Origin: Hormiphora californensis
Lineage: Eukaryota; Animalia; Ctenophora
Assembly: GCA_020137815.1 (NCBI GenBank)
Contig: CM035362.1
Span: 5,518,001-5,582,000 of the forward strand
Length of the DNA: 64,000 nt
Direction of reading: 5' to 3'
Shown here piece after piece: positions 23,935 through 36,230 of this stretch; positions within the stretch are counted from its first letter, which is position 1, and each line of letters begins with the position of its first letter. The notes under the pieces were generated by a model, which saw only the letters and a list, made by a program, of their open reading frames with translations, was not told the DNA's origin and did not search any database. The translations under genes and the position numbers were made by a program.

Positions 23935-26907
23935 GAAAGTGGGTTGATCCAAAGAACTCAAAAAGTTTTAAGTTTCTAATAGTTGTCCCTGACTCCCTTG
24001 TTGAAAGAGTAATGTTTAACTGTCACAGTACATTTGAGGGGTGTCATAGTGGTGTCGAAAATACGATATCTAGAATTTTAAAGAACTACTATTTCCATAA
24101 TTATAAGGAGGAAGTTAAGTTATTTACAGATAGTTGTCTCGTTTGTGCCCGAACTAAAGCAACCTAAGCCTATCTTAGAGCTCCGCTAAAACCCATTGTG
24201 TACACTGAATTCAATCAAAATATTTCAATTGACCATTTAATTCCAAGCACAACACCCACACCTAGAGGGAATATTGCATTGCTAGTTATTGTCGATTCAT
24301 TTACTAATTACACTGTTGCCGTGCCTGTTAAGTCTACTGGAACACAAGCCACAATAAGTGCTCTTATGGAGCATTGGTTCTTGAAATTCGGTTTTCCTCG
24401 TTCTATTAGCCATGATTTAGGCACAGGATTTACTTCGGCGTTGTGGAAATCTATTTTAAAAGCCTTTGATATCAAAGATATCAAAACAACTCCCAAATTT
24501 TCACAGAGCAATGGCAAGGCCGAAAGCGCAAACAAAAAGATAAATCAGTGTTTTAGATCCCTTCTCAAGGCTAATGATTGGAAAAATTACGATATTTATA
24601 TAAAATATGTGGTTTTTAGCTTAAATAATCTTGTTTGTGCTCGAACAAAAACTTCACCAAATTTCTTAGTATTTGGACGTGATCTTACCATGCCTAGTGA
24701 TTTGTATGTAGAAAATGACACACGTATAGAAGAAATTCGAGACATGAGCCAGGATGATATAAACAAACAACATGCGTACCAGTTACATAGGAAAATTTCC
24801 CAATTAGTTAAGAATACCCAACATGTTGCACAGCAAAGAGCTAGATATATGTGTTCAGAATACGATAAAAAAGTTAAAGGTCCTTATTTTGAAGCTGGCG
24901 ATTTAGTTATGTATCAAAATATATGGCCAAAACATAAATATTCGGTGCGCTGGAAAGGTCCCTACAAGATAGTTGAAAAATTGAATGACTGGAATTATAT
25001 AATTGAATTAGAGAAAAGTGAGAAAAAAGTTGTTAGCATTTCAAAATTAAAAAAGTACAATCCCAACAAATACCATCACTACAGACAAACACAACAGACA
25101 AATACAACTAATAACGATTTATCTGGCACAATGTTGACATTTTTACCCCCTAGACGAAGCAACCGATTAGCAGCCCGAGCACCCACAACTAGACAAGTAA
25201 GACCGAACTCAACCACTGAATCAGAAGGTGAAACACCTGGTCCAGCTCTTCTCCCTAGTATCACGTTCAATGAGGATGTCGAGATAGCTGAACGTTCAGA
25301 GACTGGTGATGACAATCAGAGTTCTTATGTTCCTACTGACCCGAATGCAAGTGCGACAACTACAGTCACTGAGGAATCAGAAATGGAGGAAACTAGTGGT
25401 CAGGAAACGGAAGCTGAGGTACTCCCTAGCTCGGCGGAATCAAGTTCCGCGGCAGCTGAGGAGAGCCCGAGTAGTGGTGGCGGTGCTGGTGCTGGTACTG
25501 GTGGTACTACTGATGGGTGTACTGTTGGTGGTGCTGGTACTGGTGGTACTGCTGATGGTGATATTGGTGCTGGTACAGGTGGTGCTGATGATGGTGGTAC
25601 TGTTACTGGTGCTGGTGATACGGGTGCTGATGATGGTGGTACTGTTACTGGTGCTGGTGGTACTGGTGGTACTGGTGCTGATGATGATGGTACTGGTGAT
25701 AATCAGCGGACTGGCGGAGTAGGTGACATCGAGCCTTTCTTTCTGGAAAAGGACCGGTTTGGCAACCCTAAGGTGCCTAGGAAGATCCGGTTGCAACTCG
25801 AGGAGAGGGAAAAAACGATGAAGGCGGCCAAACGTGCGAGAAAGGCACGTGGTGCGGTCCCAAGTGCAGCTACGACAGGCGAGTCTAGCTCAGCCGAGAG
25901 TTCTAGGGAGGTACGACGGCCTGGTCTGAGGCCTAATCCTAAAAAGAGGACTCTTTTTGGAAACCCCTTGAAGAAGTAGTGGTGTAATCTGGTAACAGGT
26001 GGGGTTCTCCTTTCTCTGAAGCTGGGTGGTCCTGGTATCACCCAAGTGAGGCTTCCTACGCCATGCAGGCGTTTATACCCTGGTCAAGTTACGGCAGGGT
26101 TTGGTGCTCCTAAGTACGTCGGAGCGTGTTGAGGATTGTGGATTGGTGGACGTACTGGACTTGGGCTCTCCACGGCCCATGGGCGTCGGTAGAGTACGGA
26201 GAGTGCCAGGTGTTTTCGGAGTCATCCGAAAGTTGGATTTGGAGGGAGGACGTTCTAGTTGGGGGAGATTCGTTATGCTTCTCTCTCCACCGAGAGAAGT
26301 GTTTGATATTCTTTTTCCTCCTAGCTTAAAAAATGACGAAAAACCATGTCGAAAACAACAGCCGTAAAATATTGCTTTTAAAGCAAAATATGACGAAAAC
26401 TATTGCCGTAACAAAAATTACGAATTTAAAAGCCAGATACCTATAAGCCGAAAAATTAAATGTATGAACAACGTGTAACTGTGAGGAAAATTCGGTTTCA
26501 CCTCATTTTTTCTTTGTGGAGGGAATTGTTGTATAGTCACAGTTGTCTTCCTGTCTTTAGTTGTCCTCTCTCTCACTGTGGTAGTCATGGTAGTGCTCGG
26601 TATGTTGCCTAGGCAACCACTGATCACTGACATGAATACACCAAACAATAAACATGACGGCGTGACGTGTGGATCTGTATTCGGAGGACGTGGCGTACTG
26701 CATTGGTGATAAGCGTATTGTTATTGAGATGACGAGTTGTTATGTCTACGGATGAGCTACGGAGGAACGATGGATGACGTAGAGGAGAACTATAAAAGAA
26801 GACAAGCATTCTCTTTTCTTGATTCCGATTGATATTCCAATTTATATTCTCGTTCCCAAAACCCTTCACCGAGAGTCGTTACGTGTTTCACCCTATACGC
26901 GGTTACT
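23932..26907 (+). mobile_element. 5'-truncated Gypsy (copy 3): integrase plus tail, 3' UTR, PPT, LTR (26527-26907)
   Basis: ORFs at 23932-24167 and 24198-25979 are near-identical to the copy 1 integrase. Local indel near 24160. The LTR is slightly diverged. Confidence 0.93.
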
Positions 26908-26912
26908 CCAAT

Positions 26913-29900
26913 TGAAGTAACCGCGTATAGGGTGAAACACGTAACGACTCTCGGTGAAGGGTTTTGGGAACGAGAATATAAATTGGAATATATATCGGAA
27001 TAATGAAAAGAGAATGCTTGTCTTCTTTTATAGTTCTCCTCTACGTCATCCATCGTTCCTCCGTAGCTCATCCGTAGACATAACAACTCGTCATCTCAAT
27101 AACAATACGCTTATCACCAATGCAGTACGCCACGTCCTCCGAATACCGATCCACACGTCACGCCGTCATGTTTATTGTTTGGTGTATTCATGTCAGTGAT
27201 CAGTCGTTGCTTAGGCAACATACTGAGCACTACCATGACTACCACAGTGAGAGTGAGAGGACAACTACAGACAGAACGACAACTGTGACTATACAACAAT
27301 TCCCTCCACAAAGAAAAAATGAGGTGAAACCGAATTTTCCTCACAGTTACACGTTGTTCATACATTTAGTTTTTTGGCATATATGTATCTGGCATTATTT
27401 GCTATTCAATTAGCAAGTTCTAGTCAATAGTTTTCGTCTTATTTTGCTTTAAAAGCGATATTTCACGGCTGTTTGTTTTCGACATGGTTTTTCGTCATTT
27501 TTTTAAGCTAGGAGGAAAAAGAATATCAAACACTTCTCCCGGTGGAGAGAGAAGCATAACGAATCTCTCCCAACTAGAACGTCCTCCCTCCAAATCCAAC
27601 TTTCGGATGACTCCGAAAACACCTGGCACTCTCCGTACTCTACCGACGCCCATGGGCCGGGGAGAGCCCAAGTCCAGTACGTCCACCAATCCACAATCCT
27701 CAACACGCTCCGACGTACTTAGGAGCACCAAACCCTGCCGTAACTTGACCAGGGTATAAACGCCTGCATGGCGCAGGAAGCCTCACTTGGGTGATACCCG
27801 GACCACCCAGCTTCAGAGAAAGGAGAACCCCACCTGTTACCAGATTACACCACTACTTCTTCAAGGGGTTTCCAAAAAGAGTCCTCTTTTTAGGATTAGG
27901 CCTCAGACCAGGCCGTCGTACCTCCCTAGAACTCTCGGCTGAGCTAGACTCGCCTGTCGTAGCTGCACTTGGGACCGCACCACGTGCCTTTCTTGGATCC
28001 ATCGCATCCTATTCTCGCTCCGCGAATAATAGATGCTCCGCGAATAATAGATGTGAGATCGATCTCGGTCGCTGCGCGACCTCGATCTCACTCAGGCATC
28101 AATGTGGCCAAGTGCCTTTCTCGCACGTTTGGCCGCCTTCATCGCTTTTTCCCTCTCCTCGAGTTGCAACCGGATCTTCCTAGGCACCTTAGGGTTGCCA
28201 AACCGGTCCTTTTCCAGAAAGAAAGGCTCGATGTCACCTACTCCGCCAGTCCGCTGATTATCACCAGTACCACCATCATCAGCACCAGTATCACCAGCAC
28301 CAGTACCAACATCAGTATTAGCACCACCCGTACCAGCACCGATACCACCAGTACACCCATCAGCAGTACCACCAGTGCCACCACCAGCACTGCCACCACT
28401 ACTCGGGCTCTCCTCAGCTGCCGCGGAACTTGATTCCGCCGAGCTAGGGACTGCCTCAGCTTCCGTTTCCTGACCACTAGTTTCCTCCATTTCTGATTCC
28501 TCAGTGACTGTAGTTGTCGCACTTGCATTCGGGTCAGTAGGAACATAAGAACTCTGATTGTCATCACCAGTCTCTGAACGTTCAGCTATCTCGACATCCT
28601 CATTGAACGTGATACTAGGGAGAAGAGCTGGACCAGGTGTTTCACCTTCTGATTCAGTGGTTGAGTTCGGTCTTACTTGTCTAGTTGTGGGTGCTCGGGC
28701 TGCTAATCGGTTGCTTCGTCTAGGGGGTAAAAATGTCAACATTGTGTTTGGTAAATCGTTATTAACTGTGTCTGTCTGTTGCGTCTGTCTGTAGTGATGG
28801 TATTTGTTGGGATTGTACTTTTTTAATTTTGAAATGCTAACAACTTTTTTCTCACTTTTCTCTAATTCAATTATATAATTCCAGTCATTCAATTTTTCAA
28901 CTATCTTGTAGGGACCTTTCCAGCGCACCGAATATTTATGTTTTGGCCATATATTTTGATACATAACTAAATCGCCAGCTTCAAAATAAGGACCTTTAAC
29001 TTTTTTATCGTATTCTGAACACATATATCTAGCCCTTTGCTGTGCAACATGTTGGGTATTCTTAACTAATTGGGAAATTTTCCTATGTAGCTGGTACGCA
29101 TGTTGTTTGTTTATATCATCCTGGCTCATGTCTCGAATTTTTTCTATACGTGTGTCATTTTCTACATACAAATCACTAGGCATGGTAAGATCACGTCCAA
29201 ATACTAAGAAATTTGGTGAAGTTTTTGTTCGAGCACAAACAAGATTATTTAAGCTAAAAACCACATATTTTATATAAATATCGTAATTTTTCCAATCATT
29301 AGCCTTGAGAAGGGATCTAAAACACTGATTTATCTTTTTGTTTGCGCTTTCGGCCTTGCCATTGCTCTGTGAAAATTTGGGAGTTGTTTTGATATCCTTG
29401 ATATCAAAGGCTTTTAAAATAGCTTTCCATAATGCCGACGTAAATCCTGTACCTAAGTCATGGCTAATAGAACGAGGAAAACCAAATTTCAAAAACCAAT
29501 TTTCCATAAGAGCACTTATTGTGGCTTGTGTTCCAGTAGATTTCACGGGCACGGCAACAGTGTAATTAGTGAATGAATCGACGATAACTAGTAATGCAAT
29601 ATTCCCTCTAGGTGTGGGTGTTGTGCTTGGGATTAAATGGTCAATGGAAATATTTTGATTGAATTCAGTATACACAATGGGTTTCAGGGGAGCTCTAAGA
29701 TATGCCTTAGGTTGCTTAGTACGGGCACAAATAAGACAGCTATCCGTAAATAACTTAACTTCCTCCTTATAATTATGGAAATAGTAGTTCTTTAAAATTC
29801 TAGATATCGTATTTTCGACACCACTATGACACCCCTCAAATGTACTGTGACAGTTAAACATTACTCTTTCAACAAGGGAGTCAGGGACAACTATTAGAAA

Positions 29901-31293
29901 CTTAAAACTTTTTGAGTTCTTTGGATCAACCCACTTTCTATAGATAACATCATTTTTCAATTTTAAAAACTCAAAATTTTTGAAGTAATGACAAAGTTCA
30001 TTAGGCTCACTCCGATGACTAAAATTTAATGGCTTCTCGCCACTCTTCAACCATTCCAACACTCGCTTGAGATTAGAATCCTTCTTTGTCTCTAGTTTTA
30101 TTTCATCTAATTTGACTATTTCAGTTTGTTCATCATTTGATGGCACTAAATTTTGGCTCAAAACTCTGGTAATTGTATCAGTTTGTGTACCTGACTCTTT
30201 CGTCTTGATTGACCCATAAGACCAACGGCTAAGAAAATCGGGCATGCTAATCTCGGACGAAGTACCACTACAGTGTTTGATTACCAAATTAAATGATGCC
30301 AAATCAGCAAGTCGTTTTTGCATAAAACTATTCTCTTTACTGAAAACACGGTCAAAAGATAACAAAGCTTTGCAATCTGTTTCAATATTAACTTTGGGTG
30401 CAGCTAATAGATACATTTTCCAGTGCATAAGGGCACCATGTAGTCCTAAAAATTCCAATTTTGTGGCACCATATTTTTGGTGGGCTTTTGAAACAGATCT
30501 ACTCCAATAACTAATTATACGACGTTTCCCATTTTGAATTTGCTGTAGACAAGCACCTTGACCTCGCTTAGAAGAATCTATGCTGACAATAAATTCACTA
30601 TTCAAATCAGGGATGGCAAGGGTTGAGGAAGAACAAAGTGCTGCTTTTAAGTTTTCAAATGATTTTTGACACTCAATAGACCATTCAAATGGTTTGTTTT
30701 TCTCTAGCATATCATATAATGGCCTAGTAATTTTTGCATAATTGGGGATGAATGACCTATTCCAATTCATAGTACCAAGAAATTTCTGTAATTGCTTCAC
30801 AGTTTTGGGGGGCTGAATTGTCATGATAGCTTTTGTTTTATTTTCATCTACAGAAATACCATTTTCAGTTAAAGTATGGCCCAAAAATTTTGCTGAACTA
30901 GCAAACAAAGTTGTCTTTTTGGGGTTAAGCTTCATGTTAGCAAAAGTTAATCTGTCAAAAACAAATTTTAACCGAGTTAGGTGATCTTGAACCGTGTTGC
31001 TACCCAGGAGCAAATCATCGATATAGAAAACAAGGGAACTAAAAGGAACTTTGGCAAAAAGTTGGGATATCATTCTACTGAATTGGGCACTAGAACTAGT
31101 TTGGCCTTGTACCATACGTTTCCACATGTAACGTGAATGTTTGTAAGTAAAAGCGGTTAGGGGTTGACTACGTTTTTCGAGGGGCAACTGCCAAAAACTG
31201 GAAGTAAAGTCAAAACTACTCAAATATTTAGTATCCCTCATTTTATCTAGAACGTGGTTAATTTTTGGTAATTCGTATTGATCTTGTATGGCC
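26913..31293 (-). mobile_element. 5'-truncated Gypsy (copy 4): RT-RH-IN, 3' UTR, PPT, complete LTR (26913-27298)
   Basis: 1049-aa ORF at 28092-31241 nearly identical to copy 1 Pol. Its C-terminus is interrupted by a 119-bp insertion. Confidence 0.94.
27993..28111 (-). mobile_element. 119-bp internally deleted copy of the TTGG...CCAA element
   Basis: 9-bp TSD GTGCCTTTC (27984-27992 and 28112-28120). The empty site is visible in copies 1 and 3. Confidence 0.9.
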
Positions 31294-31330
31294 GCTCAGA
31301 TGGGGTCGCGGCGCCAGACAGTATATTATA

Positions 31331-31659
31331 AGGTCCAAGTAAGGCACGGAGCTTTTCTGAATCAGCTTTTCAAGACGAATCCAGCGCAACCAAAATTAGC
31401 TTTCTATCTGAAGGAAGGTTTGGTTCACACATCCTCATTTTTGCCATGAATTTCAGAGGCCAGAACTTCAGGCCTCTGATTGGCTCACCCGGCTAAAAAT
31501 GAAAAAAAAATGAACCGGTATGAATCTACTACGGGAATTAGCTTTCTCAATAAGATAGTCAGCTAATTCCGGTAGTGTTTTGTTGAGTATACTCAACAAG
31601 TAGTGTTGGATTCGTCTTGAAAAGCTGATACGGAGAACATCCGTGTCTCATTTGGACCT
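31331..31659. mobile_element. MITE with about 55-bp imperfect TIRs, TA-flanked
   Basis: TA|AGGTCCAAGT..ATCAGCTTTTCAAGACGAATCC at the left end versus GGATTCGTCTTGAAAAGCTGAT..TTGGACCT|TA at the right end. Confidence 0.7.
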
Positions 31660-31793
31660 TACACAGTCAGAATGTTGTGTGACTGTGAGAAGTTGTTGTT
31701 GTTGTAATGACAACGAATTGTTATTAGTTGTGATTAGTGGGTTGTTGAGTGTATAGTAAATGTTGATTGTTGATAGTGTAAGTGTTGATCCGT

Positions 31794-32057
31794 CATATTG
31801 GCCACCCGAATTGATAAAACGTCGCCCAAAACGTTGTCCACGACGTCTATTAAAGTGCGTTTCAAACGACTTGACCTGAGATTCCTGGAAATTCAGGATT
31901 TCCCCTTTGTAAATACACGCGCGATGCGCCAAATTCCAGGAATCTCAGGTCAAGTCGCTTGAAACGTACTTTAATACGGACTCCGGTGAAAATGTAAAAA
32001 AGCATTTGAACGTCATCGACAACGCTTTGGACGGCGCATTGCTGTCGGCCAATATGA
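31794..32057. repeat. Imperfect palindrome (MITE-like)
   Basis: Ends CATATTGGCC / GGCCAATATG, inner arms CGACTTGACCTGAGATTCCTGGAA / TTCCAGGAATCTCAGGTCAAGTCG. Confidence 0.65.
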
Positions 32058-32613
32058 AGGAGCCTGTCTGGCGCCGCGACCCATCTGAGAATCAAATGGG
32101 GTATGGCGCCGCCATACAGGACGGAGCACCACTGTGAGTCAATCAACAAAGCTACTAGGCTAGGGTTTATAGCTTGGGATTCTTATTGACTTTCACATTG
32201 AATTTAGGGCTAGAACGGGTAGAACTGCAGAATTACTGAATGCAGTCCAGACGGGTTTGTAGTGAGTTGTATTATTGTTGAACTGGCACGTCCAATTCAA
32301 CCCAAACTAGTTGTGACAGTTGACACATCAAGACATTGTGAGTTGTGTAACATGGTACACGGGGTCGACACTCGACGTGAAATCTGTCAATGCATTTACA
32401 TTGTGGTTTTATTTTACCATTCACCCCATATCAAAACTACGCTGTTTTCCATTTTTACGCATTATTTACGCTTTGACTGTTTTTCATCCAAAATTTCAAG
32501 AATGACTCCAAATTTTCGTCAGTCAAAGCGTACAATAGAAGAGTGAAAGACGGTATCTTTTTTTGAATGCAAAGCGATCCTTATGTAGACACGTTTAAGG
32601 GAAAAACAATGTT

Positions 32614-32645
<32 letters not shown>

Positions 32646-33070
32646 CTCTTCTCTCTCTCTCTCTCTCTCTTTCTCATATCTCCCTACACCACAAAATGAT
32701 CAAGTATGGGTGGCTGGGAACAAATCCCGGGGAAGAGAACAAAAATATATTTGGGTGGATATTATAATGTTCAAGGTAACTTATCAAACAAAAGAAGCGA
32801 ATTGTCTCTCTCTCTCTCCTCTCTCTCTCTCCCTCTCTCCTCTCTCTCAGTGTCTCTCTTTCTCTCTCTTCTTTTCCTCACACACCCAACAACAAAAATC
32901 TAAGAGAGAAGTGCGTGTGTGAGATGCACACAAAAGTGTGGTGTGAAAAAATGTGTAAATATATAGTTGAGAGATTGGGGGCGTTTTCACACGCAAAAAT
33001 GGTGTGCACTTTCGTGTGTGATAGGGAGGGGGCAGTGTGATCAGTGTGTGTGTGATTCTCTCTCACTCAG

Positions 33071-33102
<32 letters not shown>

Positions 33103-33253
33103 CTCTCTCTCACTCATCTCTCTCTCTCTCTGTCTCAACCATCATCTCCTCTCTAAAAAAGGCGAGAGTAAAACGGCAGTTGCATGTGAATTTTGTGTGT
33201 TCTCAGATTGTGAAACTTATATTACATGGGGGTTAAAAAAGTGTGACATTGAC

Positions 33254-33362
33254 CAGGAACCGACCGACACAAGTAAACAACCAATCAGAACTCGTTATTT
33301 AGATCACGTGACTGGTTATCAGCCAATCAGGGACCAGTATTTCCTGATTTGGTCGGTTCCTG
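33254..33362 (-). mobile_element. 109-bp hAT-like MITE copy
   Basis: Full TIRs, with near-perfect 8-bp TSD ACATTGAC / ACATCGAC. Confidence 0.88.
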
Positions 33363-33571
33363 ACATCGACAGAGGCGTTTCTTCAGATGTGGACACAGGG
33401 CAGAAACACCTCCATCAACTTGTTTCTCTCTCTCTCTCACTCGCTCTCTTTTAAATTCTAAAAACGTTTGCTCTCTCTCTCCCTCTCTCTCTCTCTACTC
33501 TACTCTACCTCCCTCTCTCTCACACACACAGCATCACAAAACACCCTCCTCTCATCATCACTGCGATCACA

Positions 33572-34506
33572 CTAAACGGGGTGCTGTAGTCCAGTCTCCT
33601 GTCTGATAATTGACAGAAGACTATCACCATTGTGGTCTCCAAACAGGGAGTAACACCCACTTCTACCAGCTGCCCCCTCGTCCCCGCGGGGCGAGGTGGA
33701 AATCTTAGCGTCCATAAGAGTAACAGAAATTGGCTCGACCTCTCTACACCCGATCACACTGTGAACTCGTGGCTGGATAACCGGGGATGGTGGTACAACC
33801 ATGGTCGGTGCGACTGTTGCGATTGGGACAGAGTTCTCAGAAATTGGAGGAGAGGGTGTCGACCTACACCAAGGGACTGCCTGAGGTTGGACTATTGGTA
33901 CAGCGGGTGAGACCGGCGTTGTTGTCGTTGGAGATGGAGCAGTTGATCCTAAGCTGGTGTTGCTACTTCCAATATTCACCACAGGGCTCGTTGTGTATCC
34001 AAATTGTTGCCTATTTTTGGCTGCTTGCCGAGCAAAGCGGGGTATGTTGGGACGTTGGTAATCGTACTTCTTCTGCGAGTTGCTGCTGCTGCGAGTGTTC
34101 ATATAAGAGGAGCTTGAGGATGATTGAGGGGAGGTTGTGAAGGTTGTATGGTGAGGAAGAGAGGAGGTTTTCTCTGTAAACGTTGTTGACCGGCTTCTCT
34201 CCTCTGCCTTTGGGCTGGGTACGCCTCGGGGGGCCTGAAATGAATGGGAGAGTTAGTTATAATCATATGGAGAAAGAGGAGGATAATTAGTAGAGACATT
34301 TGAAAGAGAGTTTTCGAAATCGGGAGGAGAGTTAGAGGGGAAGATGAAGTCTGAATGGGGTAATATGAGTGGAAATGAAGAACGAAAATGGAGATAAGAA
34401 AGGTATTCCCAAGGGGGATATATAATGAACGATGAATGAAGATCGGGTAAAAACAAAGAGATTGACAAATGCTGTGGAATTAAGGTGGAGCTTCAGTCAG
34501 CTATGC

Positions 34507-34556
<50 letters not shown>

Positions 34557-35393
34557 GAGAGGCCCTGCGGCCTGCAGTCCCTTTGTTTTGACTTTTGATC
34601 GCATGAATGCTTGGGGACCATGCCGTGAGGGCCGCGCAGTAAACCTCCGCGCCCAGTCGCGCACTTTGTATAGGATAAGGTATGTGCGTGCTAGTCGTGA
34701 GTGCGGATGTGTCAAATGTGCCCCACCAGGCACACACTCGCAACATCTGTTGAAGTGGCCGAGACTGCCGCAACAGGGGAAGGGGTACCGGGGAAATAAT
34801 TAGGGATAGAGCCTAGAAAACCTATCAGTGAGACATGAGGGAGGGAGATAGCAGAAAAGGGACAGAGAGAGAAAATAATAGAGAGAGAAAGATAGAGAGG
34901 GAGAGAGATAGAACGAACATATAATAAGACTCTCCTCTTGATGCGGTAAACTGCTTATCTCTTCCTTACTTATAACTTGGTGGCCAATTAAATTAAGGAA
35001 CGACTGTAGCAGGAGTGTACTTTTGCCTCTTTCTTTTTTAGAATTTACACTCCACTCTCTCTCTCTCTCTCTCTCTCTCGCTCTCTCTCTCTCTCTATAA
35101 ATCTTCCGCCATCCTTTCTTTTTTCCGTTCTCGCTTTTCATGCACTAACAAGAGTGTCCCCCGCATAGCTGCAGCCAAATTAAATTAAGAGTGCTCGAGT
35201 GACCCCTAGATCTTACAACTTGATACAATAACTCTCTCTCTACCTATCTTTCTCCCTCTCTATCTCTCTCTCTCTCTCTCTCTCTCCCTCTCTTACACAC
35301 TGTCAGTTGTCATGGAAACTTCACTCTATAGCTGTGAGGATCAAAGGAGATAGTATCATTATGCCATATAGGGGAGGGACAACTATTTATCAG

Positions 35394-35479
<86 letters not shown>

Positions 35480-36190
35480 AAGAAAGAAAACAATGGTAGA
35501 CTGTATGAACTACTTTAGTGCCAACTTAGAACACTTGTAGAAACTTGTTAGTGTTCAAAGAAAGAGTTGTTTGTGGTTTTGTACACTTCTCTCCCCCTCT
35601 CTCTCCCTCTCTCTCTCTCTCCCTATATCATTTTCTTTCATATAAAAGGTTGTGGTCGGCGTGCCATCACACACAAGGGAAAAACGAGAAAGTGATTTCG
35701 TGCTGTTATGCGAGAGAGGGAAGACCATAAAAATTACAATTATATTCATTTTCCCCACCACTTCCCCTTTCTTGTGGTGGAGCAGAGAGAGATGATTTAT
35801 TGGCCATGGTGTGTGAGAGAAGAGGGAAAGATGATGTATTGGAACTGCAGATGTTAATTAATGATGTCGTGTGTGAAGTGTTGAAAAATTGGGTCATATA
35901 TTGCTATGAAATTTGGGTCATTACCTTTTCAGTATGCGTTGTATAACCATTGGTTTTCTTATCCATTTTTACCTGGGAAAGAGAGGCAGGGCGGGTTTAA
36001 TTAACAGTTAATTAAGCGCATTAATTAGATAATTAAAGCATGGAACTAAACTGGGATTTAGTGAGAAAAATAAGAGAAACAGACACATATGTGTTCCACA
36101 TTTCGACATGACACACAAACGTGGCTGATTTAATAATTACACCTAGTTTCACTGCCAAAATTAATATCAGGTGAAATGAGAAAGAGAGAA

Positions 36191-36230
<40 letters not shown>

